Shown here: positions 27,348-42,560 of the stretch, piece by piece
How the letters are laid out: every line of letters begins with the position of its first letter
Position numbering within the stretch: position 1 is the first letter of the stretch
Assembly: GCF_009914755.1 (NCBI RefSeq)
Contig: NC_060947.1
DNA length: 64,000 nucleotides
Origin: the human T2T-CHM13v2.0 reference genome, Homo sapiens
Reading direction: 5' to 3' (one strand)
Translations under genes and position numbers: made by a program
The notes under the pieces: generated by a model
The model's database searches: none
Told to the model about the DNA's origin: nothing
Seen by the model: only the letters and a program-made list of their open reading frames with translations

Positions 27348-27920
27348 CCTATAATAGGGAAATTTTATCTAATGAGGAGTTTAGAAAACGTTTATTGGGA
27401 AAAATTTTGACTGAGCTGAAGTTCTAAAGAGTTAACTGTGTAAACAAGGGAAAAAGTGCATTCCAGACAAAGAGAACACACATTCTAAATTCCTGTGATG
27501 AGGAGCAGGGTGCATTAGAGAAAACAATAAGGCCCAGCGTGGTAAGGGTACAGTGCATGCAAAAAGTGAAGAGGCGATAAGTGTGAGATGAGGATAGAAG
27601 CCATGGGGCTATTGGCAAGAAGAAAAATTTGATGTGCGTTCTAATTGTGATTGGTACCAGAGGAAAGTTTTAAGCAGGGAAGTGACAGAATATGACTAGA
27701 TTTTAATTCTCTCTTTTGCTTTGCAGTGAGGAGAGGAAGAGAAAGAATTGGAAGAAGAGAGATCAATGCAGGTGATGGTGGCTTGGATTAAGGTACCAGG
27801 GTTGAAGTAAAGGTAGAAGTAAATAGATAAATGCAGAATCTATTTTGGAGTTAGAACCAACAGATTTTCATAAAAGGTTGGCAATAAGGAGTGAAGGAGA
27901 GGGAAATGGGTGTCAGAGCC
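27330..27920 (-). mobile_element. L2 LINE fragment
   Basis: TGAGCTGAAGTTCTAAAG..GCATTCCAGACAAAGAGAAC..GTTTTAAGCAGGGAAGTGACA..TATTTTGGAGTTAGAACCAACAG. Confidence 0.7.
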
Positions 27921-28719
27921 TGACAACAAACTACTTCATTCATAAATATCTTTGTAGTATCCCCACAAGGTTTACCTTTACTCATAATTCCTAAAATACT
28001 TTCACATTTATTTACTCACCTGAGCCTCACAACCTGAGTGGTAGTGGTCATTACTCACCACCAACACTACTGTTTGGTAGGTTTAAAAGTTTACTCATGA
28101 AAGTAAGTGATTTGCACAAAGTTGAACAGCAAAAAAAATGGGACATGGAATTTCCTCACTCCAAGATAAATGAGTTTTAGTTAAGTGTTTTTATGGGGCT
28201 CCATGTTGAGCTAATTATTCTCAACATCAAGCCAAATGCTCTGTAGTTGAAGGGCCTTTATATAGTGCATGAGGGTCTACTTGTTCTCCCAACACACTCA
28301 TCAGGCAAGAAGACTTTCTTAAAAACTTCCCTTGTACTAAGTAAGCATTCTGACCTATTGTTCTTCAGAGTGATAATTGCTAGGAGTGTCTATTCTAAAG
28401 CTCCCTAGTTTAGATAACTACTACAAAGACATTTGCAAGGTAGACACCACGCAAGGATTCAGTTTTTCACATGGGTCTCCTCATCTGTGGGCCTTACTAC
28501 CAAGATCCAGTGTCACTTCCACTACTGGAAGAAGGAAAAATGGGTTCCCCGCCCCAGTCAGAGTTCAGCAATATGTACCAAATGCCTTCAAAACGGCTAT
28601 CTTCTTATACCCTATAATTCCACCTTGAGAAATTACAAAAATGTATATATGGTCATATTCAACACCATGTTGTTTATAACATTCAGCAAACTAGAAATAG
28701 AGGAAAACTTATTCTGCTA

Positions 28720-29118
28720 GATACTCAGCATCAATGAAAACTCCACAGCTAGTATCACACTTAATGATGAAAGACTAAAAACTAACCCCTATTATCAGGA
28801 AGAAGACAAAGATGTCCACTCTAGAATACTTTCACTTAACATTACAGTGGAGGCTGTAGCATGTAAGCAAGAAAAAACTTTTTAAAGACACTAAGATTGG
28901 AAAGGAATATATGAAACTATCTCTTCACAGATGACATAATCTTGTATGTTGAAATTGGTAAATAATCAACAAAAAACTGTTAGAAATATTAAACAAATTC
29001 AGCAAGATTTGGGGATACAACCTTTGTATAAAATAGTCAAATCTATTTCTATATATATCAACAAACAATAAAAAATTAAATTAAGAAAGCAATTACATTT
29101 ACAATAATAAAAAAAAAT
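28720..29118 (+). mobile_element. Old L1M ORF2 (RT-region) fragment
   Basis: CCACAGCTAGTATCACACTTAATGATGAAAGACT..CACAGATGACATAATC..AAATTCAGCAAG..CATTTACAATA. Confidence 0.7.
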
Positions 29119-30119
29119 CTGCTTGCCTCAAACCTTGGGAGAAACCCCTCTCTCTCTGCATTTTTCCCCCGAATTTTAATAGCAACTTTCTAGACTTCTT
29201 CTGTGTCTTCACCAATGGCTACTTACATGTCTTTTGAAGAAGACTCCAGAAAAGTAATTCTGGTAGTATGACAAAACAGGGTTCTATAACCCCCAAAAGA
29301 TCACAGTTGCTCTCAAGCAGTGGACTTAAACAAAGAAGAAATCTCTAAAATTCCAGACAAAGAATTCAGAGGGTTGATTATTAAGCTCCTTAAGGAGATA
29401 CCAGAGAAAAACAAAAACCAACTTAAAGAAATTTAAAAAATAATATAGGATATGAATGACAAATGCTCCAGAGAAATAGGTATAATAAAGAAAAAAATAT
29501 CACAACTTCTGGAAATGAAAGACACACTTGGGGAAATACAAAATGTAGTAGAAAGTTTCAACAATATAGTAGAATAAGGAGAAGGAAGAACTTCAGAAGT
29601 CAAACACAAATTAGACAAAAAGAAAAAAGATTTTAAAAATTAAGAAAGCCTCCAAGAAATATGGAATTATGTTAAACAGCACAAACCTAAGCATAACTGG
29701 TGTTCCTGAGAAAGGAGGAATCTAAAAGTCTGGAAAACTTATTTGAGGGAATAATTGAGGAAATCTTCCCTGGCCTTGCTAAAGATCTAGGCATCCAAAT
29801 ACAAGAAACTCAGAGAACTCCATAGAAATTCAACCCAAAAAGATAATCGCCAAATCACATACTCATCAGTTTATTTTTTTATTTTTTTATTTTTATTTTT
29901 TTAATTTTATTATTATTATACTTTAAGTTTTAGGGTACATGTGCACAATGTGCAGGTAAGTTACATATGTATACATGTGCCATGCAGGTGCGCTGCACCC
30001 ATTAACTCGTCATTTAGCATTAGGTATATCTCCTAAAGCTATCTCTCCACCCTACCCCCACCCCACAACAGTCCCCAGAGTGTGATGCTCCTCTTCTTGT
30101 GTCCATGTGTTCTCATTGT

Positions 30120-33942
<3,823 letters not shown>

Positions 33943-34005
33943 TATGATGTTAGCTGGTGATTTTGCTCATTAGTTGATGCAGTTTCTTCCTAGCCTCGAT
34001 GGTCT

Positions 34006-35020
34006 TTACAATTTGGCATGATTTTGCAGTGGCTGATACCAGTTGTTCATTTCAATGTTTAGTGCTTCCTTCAGGAGCTCTTTTAGGGCAGGCCTGGTGG
34101 TGACAAAAACTCTCAGCATTTGCTTGTCTGTAAAGTATTTTATTTCTCCTTCACTTATGAAGCTTAGTTTGGCTGGATATGAAATTCTGGGTTGAAAATT
34201 ATTTTCTTTAAGAATGTTGAATATTGGCCCCCACTCTTCTGGCTTGTAGGGTTTCTGCAGAGAGATCCGCTGTTAGTCTGATGGGCTTCCCTTTGAAGGT
34301 AACCCAACCTTTCTCTCTGGCTGCCCTTAACATTTTTTCCTTCATTTCAACTTTGGTGAATCTGACAATTATGTGTCTTGGAATTGTCCTTCTTAAGGAG
34401 TGTCTTTGTGGAATTCTCTGTATTTCCTGAATCTGAATGTTGGCTTGCCTTGCTAGATTGGGGAAGTTCTCCTGGATAATATCCTGCAGAGTGTTTTCCA
34501 ACTTGATTCCATTCTCCCTGTCACTTTCAGGTACACCAATCAGACGTAGATTTGGTCTTTTCACATAGTCCCATATTTCTTGGAGGCTTTGTTCATTTCT
34601 TTTTATTCTTTTTTCTCTAAACTTCTCTTCTCACTTCACTTCATTCATTTCATCTTCCATCGCTGATACCCTTTCTTCCAGTTGATTGTGTCAGCTCCTG
34701 TGGCTTCTGCATTCTTCATGTAGCTCTCGAGCCTTGGCTTTTAGCTCCATCAGCTCCTTTAAGCACTTCTCTGTATTGGTTATTCTAGTTATACATTCGT
34801 CTAAATTTTTTTCTAAGTTTTCAACTTCTTTGCCTTTGGTTTGAATTTCCTCCTGTAGCGCAGAGTAGTTTGTTCGTCTGAAGCCTTCTTCTCTCAATTC
34901 GTCAAAGTCATTCTCCGTCCAGCTTTGTTCCATTGCTGGTGAGGAGCTGCATTCCTTTAAAGGAGGAGAGGCGCTCTGCTTTTTAGATTTTCCAGGTTTT
35001 CTGCTCTGTTTTTTCCCCAT
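34006..35020 (-). pseudogene. Disrupted LINE-1 ORF1p (RNA-binding protein)
   Basis: MGKKQSRK start (ORF 34691-35020 ends in a premature stop). The RPNLRLIGVPE..RQANIQIQEIQR segment (34208-34564) then frameshifts. Confidence 0.93.
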
Positions 35021-35725
35021 CTTTGTGGTTTTATCTACTTTTGGTCTTTGATGATGGTGATGTACAGATGGGTTTTTGGTGTGGATGTCCTTTCTGTTTG
35101 TTAGTTTTCCTTCTAACAGACAGGACCCTCAGCTGCAGGTCTGTTGGAGTTTGCTGGAGGTCCACTCCAGACCCTGTTTTCCTGGGTACCAGCAGCGGTG
35201 GCTGCAGAACAGTGGATTTTCGTGAACCGCAAATGCTGCTTTCTGATCGTTCCTCTGGAAGTTTTGTCTCAGAGGAGTACCCGGCCGTGTGAGGTGTCAC
35301 TTTGCTCCTACTGGGGGGGGCCTCCCAGTTAGGCTGCTCGGGAGTCAGGGGTCAGGGTGTAGGACCCTCTGAGCCAGGTGCAGAATATAATCTGCTGGTG
35401 CACCGTTTTTTAAGCCCGTCGGAAAAGCGCAGTATTGGGGTGGGAGTGACCCAATTTTCCAGGTGCCATCTGTCACCCCTTTCTTTGACTAGGAAAGGGA
35501 ACTTCCTGACCCCTTGCACTTCCCGAGTGAGGCAATGCCTCACCCTGCTTTGGCTTGCACACGGTGTGCTGCACCCACTGTCCTGTGCCCACTATCTGGC
35601 ACTCCCTAGTTAGATGAACCCGGTACCTCAGATGGAATTGCAGAAATCACCCATCTTCTGCGTTGCTCATGGTGGGAGCTGTAGACCAGAGCTTTTCCTA
35701 TTCGACCATCTTGGCTCCAGCCACG
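35021..35725 (-). promoter_or_regulatory. L1PA3 5'UTR internal promoter, partially deleted; retains the ~129-bp ZNF93-binding segment
   Basis: About 705 bp long. The segment at ~35149-35278 (GTTTGCTGGAGGTCCACTCCAGACCC..GTCTCAGAGGAG) is the block lost in later L1PA3/L1PA2/L1HS lineages. Confidence 0.75.
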
Positions 35726-37984
35726 TCATCAGTTTATTTAAAGTCAAGATGAAGAAAAGAACTTAACAGCTATGAGACAAAAGCATCAGGTAACCTCTTA
35801 AAAATCCCTATCAGATTAACAGTAGATTTCACAGGAGAAACCTTAAAGCCAAAAGGGATTGGGGTCCTATTTTTAATCTCCTTAAACAAAATAGTTGTCA
35901 GCCAAGAATTTTCTATCAAGCAAAACTAAGCTTTATAAATGAAGGAGAGATAAAGTCTTTTTCACACAAGCTAATGCTGAGAGAATGCACAACTACCAAG
36001 CCAGCACTACAGAAAATGCTAAAAGGAGTACTAAATCTTAAAACAAAACCTCAAACTACACCAAAGTGCAACCAACTTTTAAAGCTCATAGGGCTTATAA
36101 AACATAACACAATGAAAAAACCAAGGTATTTAGGCAACAACTAATATGATGAATAGAATAGTACCTCAAATTTCAATACTAGCATTGAATTTCAGTAGCC
36201 TACATGCTTCACTTAAAAAATACAGAATGACAGAGTATATAAAAATTCATGAGCCAAGTATCTGCTGTCTTCAAGAGACTCATCTAACACATAAGGACTC
36301 TTAAACTTAGGGTAAATTGGGGTGGAAAATGATATTCCACACATATGGAAGCTAAAAGCAAGCAGGAGCAGCTATTCTTATATCAGACAAAACAGACTTT
36401 AAAGCAGCAACAATGAAAAAAGTCAAAGAGGGACATTATATAATCATAAAATAATTAGTCTGAAACAAAAATATTACCATTCTAATTATATATGCACCTA
36501 ACACTGGAATTCCCAAATTCATAAAACAATTACTACTACACCTAAGAAATGAGGTAGTTAGCAAAACAATAATAGTGGGGGACTTCAGTACTCCAGTGAC
36601 AGCACTAGACAGGCCATCAAGACAGAAAGTCAACAAATAAACAATGGACTTAAACTATACGATAGAAGAAATGGACTTCACAGATATTTACAGAACATTC
36701 TACCCAACAATGGCAGAATGTACATTGTTTTCATCATCATATGGAACATTCTCCAAAATAGACCATATGATATCAAGGCCACAAAACAAGTGTCAATAAA
36801 TTTAAGAAAATCAATATCATATCACATAGCCTCTCAGAACACAGTAGAATAAAATGAAATTAACTTCTAAAGGAACCCTCAAAATTATACCAATACTTGG
36901 AAATTAAATAGTGTACTTTTGAATGATCTTTGGGTCAACAATGAACTCAAGATGGAAATTAAAAAATTATTAGAACTGAATAATAGTGACACAATTTATC
37001 AAAACCTCTGGGATACAGCAAAAGTGAGGAAAGTTTATAGCATTAAATGCCTACATCAAAAAGTCTGATAGAGCACAAATAGAAAATCTAATGTCACACC
37101 TCAAAGAACTATAGGAATAAAAACAAACCAAACCCCAAACCCAGTAGAAAAAAAAAGATCAGAGCAGAACTAAATGAAATTGAAACCAAAAGAAATTACA
37201 AAAAATAAATGAAACAAAAAGCTATTCGCCGATGATATATATGATCATATCATCGGTAAACAGTGACAGTTTGACTTCCTCTTTTCCAATTTGGATGCCC
37301 TTTATTCTTCCTCTTTTTTGGTTGCTGTGGCCAGGACTTCCAGTACTATGTTGAATAGAGGTAGTAAAAGTGTGCATCCTTGTCTTTTTCTAGTTTTCAT
37401 GGGGAATGCTTTCAATTTTTCCTCATTCAGTATGATGTTGGTGGTTGGATTGCCATAGGTGACTTTGAGGTAAGTTTCTTCTATGCTTTTGGTTGAGGGT
37501 TTTAATCATAAAAGGATGCTGTATTTTATCAAATGCTTTTTCTGGATCTGTTGAGATGATCACATGGTTTTTGTTTTTAATTCTGTTTATATAATGTATC
37601 ATATTTGTTGATTTGTGTATGTTAACCTTCTCTGCATCTCTAGTATGAATCCACTTGATCATGATGAATTATCTTTTTGGTATGTTGTTGGATTCACCTA
37701 ACTAGTAGTTTCTTGAGAATTTTTACATCTATGTTCATCAGGGACACTGGTTTGTAATTTCATTTTATTGTTTTTATTTTTATTTTTTTTCCACAGTTTC
37801 AATCATGTTATTTTGAAAAATTTATTATAAAAAGGACAATTTGCTGAAAGTAAACTTTGCTTACTTTTGAAACATAAATTATAATCATGATTATATTTCC
37901 ACAATTTAGAGTAAGCTGAAGGAGCTATTTAAATAAATGGAAATGCAAATGTCTTATTTCATATCTTGTGAATATTGGAATCTG

Positions 37985-38265
37985 CTAGAAGCTGAGACTT
38001 AAAAGGCCATACTGGTTCTGCTTTTGCTGTTTTGGAACACTGCCCAGAGACTACATATAAAGAAACCCAGTTTAGCCTCTCTAAGGATGAAAAATCACTT
38101 GGAAAGTGAGGCTCATCCATACCAGCACCTCACATGTCCAGCTCCCAACTTACTTACCAGGCGACCCAAAGAATCATGCTAACCCACAGAATTTTGAGAA
38201 ATAAAATGGTGGTAAAGTCACTGAAGTTTGGAGGTTACTAGTTATGTGGCAGTAGATAACTAATA
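37985..38265 (+). mobile_element. MLT1 (ERVL-MaLR) LTR 3' part inside the ~550-bp insert
   Basis: ACCCACAGAATTTTGAGAAATAAAATGGTGGT..CACTGAAGTTTGGAGGTTACTAGTTATGTGGCAGTAGATAACTAATA matches the MLT1 3' terminus. Confidence 0.7.
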
Positions 38266-39715
38266 TTGTTGGTGATAAAATAATAATTAATTTTAAATCA
38301 TATTTACTTGACAATATTTATTATATTCTTTTAATTTTATTTTTATGTCATTTCCTGGTTGTGGTAGCATATAAACCAATGGAACAGAATAGAGAACCCA
38401 GAAATAAAGCCAAATACTTACATCCAATTGATCTTTGACAAAGCATACAAAAACATATAGTGAAGAAAGGACACCCTATTCAATAAATGATGCTGGGAAA
38501 ATTGGCAAGCCACCTGAGGAAGAATGAAATTGGATCCCCATCTCTCACCTTATACAAAAATCAACTCAAGACCAAAGACTTAAGTCTAAGACCTGAAACC
38601 ATAAAAATTATAGCAGATAACATTGGAAAACTCTTCTAGACATTGGCTTAGGTGAAGACTTCATGACTTAGCACCCAAAAGCAAATGCAACACAAACAAA
38701 AATAAATAAGTGGGACCTAACTAAAATAAAAAGCTTCTGCACAGCAAAAGAGATAATCAGACAACCCACAGAATGGGAGAAATATTTGCAACCTATGCAT
38801 TTGACAAATGACTAATATCCAGAATCTACAAGAAACTCAAACAAATCAGCAAGAAAAAAAAATCCCATCTAAACATGGTCAAATGACATTAACAGACAAT
38901 TATCAAAAGAAGATATACAAACAGCCTGCCAATATATGAAAAAAAATGCTCAAAATCTCTAATCATCAGGGAAATGCAAATTAATATGACAATGAGATAC
39001 CAACTTACTTCTGCAACAATTACTGTAATTAAAAAGTAAAAAAAAACAATAAATGTTGGCATGGATGTGGTGAAGAAGGAACACTTTTACATTGATGGTG
39101 GGAATGTCAATTAGTACAACCATTATGGAAAATGGTATGCAGATTCCTTAAAGAACTAAAAACCTACCATTCAATCCAGCAATCCCCCTACTGGGTATGT
39201 ACCCAAAGGAAAATAAGTCATTATATGAAAAGGTCACATACACATGTATGTTTATAGCAGCACAATTCTCAATTGCTAATATACGGAACCAACTTAAGCG
39301 TCCATCAACGAACAGGTGAATAAAGAAGATGTGGTATATATGCACCATGGAAAACTACTTAGCCATATAAAGGAATAAAATAATGTATTTTGCAGCAACT
39401 TGGATGGAGCTGAAGGCCGTTATTCTAAGTAAATCAGGAATGGAAAACCAAACATCATATGCTCTCACTTATAAGCAGAAGCTAAGCCATGAGAACGCAA
39501 AACTTAAGAAAGATATAATGGATTTCGGCGACTTAGGAGAGAAGATTGGAAGGGAGGTGAAGAATAAAAAGACTACATATTGGGTACAGTGTACAGTGCT
39601 CGGGCGACAGGTGCAATAAAATCTTTGAAATCACCTCTAAAAGAACTTATCCGTGTAATCAAAACTACCTGTACCCCCAAAACTATTGAAATAAAATATA
39701 AAAATAAATAAAAAA

Positions 39716-40210
39716 GGAAATTTTACCATTTGTGACAACATGGATCAACTTGGAGGGCATTATGCTAAGTGAAATAAGCCAGACACAGAACAAATACTAC
39801 ATAATCCCTTTTGTATCAGGAATCTGAGATGATCAAACTAATAGAAACAGAGAGTGGAATGGTGGTTGCCAGGATTTGGGAGTTTGGGGAAATGAGATGT
39901 TGGTCAAAGAGTACATAGTTTCAGTTTTGCAAGATGAAAACCTCCTAGAGATCAACTGTACAGCACAATGAATGTGATTAACAATAATATATTGTACACT
40001 GAAACATTTGTAAACAGGTTAGATTGTGTGTCAAATGTCCTCGTCACAAAAAAAGAGGGATGATGTAAATTTTACAGATCGTAGATATGTTAATGGCATT
40101 TTTATGATGGTTTTATGGGAGTACATGTATTTTCAAACTCATTGACATGTATTCATTAAATATGTACAGTTTTTGGTATGTCCATTATACTTCAATTTAA
40201 AAAAAAAATT
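39716..40210 (+). mobile_element. Old L1MA/MB 3' end
   Basis: CATTTGTGACAACATGGAT..CATTATGCTAAGTGAAATAAGCCAG..GAATGGTGGTTGCCAGG, ending in an A-run. Confidence 0.75.
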
Positions 40211-40319
40211 ACAAAATGAATGAAGGTGGAGATATATTCCTAAAATATAAAAAAAAGATGATAAACTTGAGCAAATTACATTCCCAAATTTATAGAGCAC
40301 TTGTCAGTTTTCAAAGAAA

Positions 40320-41220
40320 TCTATTATTTGTAATTATGGCAAAATACACATAACACAAAAGTTACTATCTCCACTATTTTAAGTGTATAATTCAGTGGTG
40401 TTAAGTACATTCACATTGTTGAGCAACCATCACCACCATCCATCTCCAGTGCCCCTTCATCTTGCAAAACTGGAACTCTATCCATTAAACAATAACAGTC
40501 CATCCCCCCTGCCCCCATCCCCTGTGAATTTGACTACTCTAGGCACCTCATATAAGGGGAATCATATTGCATATGACCTTTCGAGACTGGCTTATTTTAT
40601 TTAGCATAACGGCCTCAAGATTATTTCATGCTGCAGCATGTGTCAGACTTTTCTTCTTTTTTAAGGCTTAATAATATTCCTTTGCACGTATAAACCACAT
40701 TTTCTTCATCCACTCATCTGTCAATGGACATGGGTTGATTTCACTTTTGACTATTTTGAATGCCACTATGAACATGGGTATGGAAATATCTCTTTGAGAG
40801 CCTGCTTTTAATTATTTTTGATATATATCCAGAGGTAGAATTTTTGGATTATATATAGTAATTCTATTGTTAACTTTTAAGGGAACTGTCATACTGTTTT
40901 CATGGCAGTGGTACCATTTTGCAATACTACCAACAATGCACAAGTATTCCAATTTCTCTACATCCTTGCCAACACTTGTTATTTTCTGTTTTGTTTTCAT
41001 AGTAGCTATCTTAATGGATATGAGATGGTATCTTCTTGTGGTTTTGATTTGCATCAGTGGTGTCAAACATTTTTCCATGTGCTTATCCGTCATTTGTATA
41101 TCTTCTTTGGAGAAATGTCTATTCAAGTTCCTGGACAAATTTTTAGTAAATTTGTTTCTCTATTGTTGAGTTGTAGGAGTTCTTTATATATTCTGAATAT
41201 CAACTTCTTATCATATGATA
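40320..41220 (-). mobile_element. L1MB-type 3' fragment
   Basis: TTTTAAGTGTATAATTCAGTGGTGTTAAGTACATTCACATTGTTG..AACCATCACCACCATCCATCTCCAG. ORF2 C-terminal remnant at 40812-41138. Confidence 0.8.
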
Positions 41221-42039
41221 CTAGATATTTTGAATAGTACATATTAGGTTCTTAGCATAAGTATTTGAAGAGACTTAAGTCATGGTTTATAATTATTCCC
41301 AAGTCTATAACTGAGAAGACTAATGCTCAGAGATGAGAAGGGATTTTCCATCACATAATGAGCCCATACATATAGCTATGGCTAGGAGCAAGTCTTCTGT
41401 CTTTCTGAATCTAGAATTTAGATCTTGCAGGACCCTTCAAGACCATTGAATCTGAATATTGTACCTCATCTTACAGACAAAATATTGAGGCCTGAAAAGC
41501 AGGAGAGATTTATACAAAGCCACACAGTGAGTCAGTTGCAGAACATTTTCTCGGACCCAAATTTCCCGACTCTGTTGCCTTTCCACTCTACTCTCTAACA
41601 GAGAAAAATCTGACACAGTTGTAAAAGACTGTATCTTCTGTCTACCTCTTAAAGAATTTCCCTTTTTTTCAAACACCCAGTCCTCTAAAAATGAAAAATG
41701 GATGATAAGAATTACACGACCATCTGCATTTCTCAGGCTTTTGGAAAGACTGCAGCTTGGTTGTTGAAGGCATCATATTAAAAAGATCCAGGGCTAAGAA
41801 CATAGGAAACTTGAATTTAGCCTGTGTTAATAGGGATGAATAAGCACCTACAGCATCTAGGATGGCTCCTCCACAGCCACTTGCAGACATTCCTGTCTGC
41901 CACCTTCTGCAACAAAAGTACAGGCACCCAAGGAGTCTTAAAATGCCAAGAATTAGAGGTGGTCCAGAAAAAGAAATCTGTTACTCTTTTTAAAAATGTA
42001 TTTCAACTGATGCAAAACTTTCTTGTCTTCAAAGGTTTT

Positions 42040-42200
42040 ATATGCATTTGTTTCTGTGATCTTCACAACAGCCCTGTGTAGCAACGTCATTACCCCCATT
42101 TTAAAAATGAAGAACCTGAGGCTCAGAGAAGTCATGTAACTTTTTGGGGTCACAAGGCTAGGAAATTGTACCCCATCTGTCTGACATCAAGGCCTAGGTA
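42040..42200 (-). mobile_element. MIR SINE
   Basis: CTTCACAACAGCCCTGTG..CCCCATTTTAAAAATGAAGAACCTGAGGCTCAGAGAAG. Confidence 0.65.
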
Positions 42201-42377
42201 CTTATCATTGTGTTTGCTAGAGTCTATGGAGAAGAAGGTCATTGGTAGCATCAGATGTCTTTAACAGAGATGGTCTGGGATCTCACATGTAAATATTTTT
42301 TAACAACTTCATCCTAGTAGCTGGTGCATGAAAGCTGGATGTCATAAGCCAGTCATTTCAACCAATGCATTGCTTAC

Positions 42378-42560
42378 AACAGCGGTTTTCGAAGTGTAGC
42401 TCCTGGATCAACAGCATAAGTATTACTTGGGATTTTGTTAAAAATGTAAATTCCCCGTCTCCATCCCAGAGCTACAGAATCTGAATCTCTGAAAGTAGGG
42501 CCCAGTCATCTGTATTTAACCAGCTCTCCAGGGAAATCCAGTGTATCTTAGGATTAATGT
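42378..42560. mobile_element. MER5A DNA transposon fossil
   Basis: CAGCGGTTTTCGAAGTGT..CAGCAT..CCCAGAGCTACAGAATCTGAATCTCTG..GGGCCCAG..TGTATTTAAC. Confidence 0.7.
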
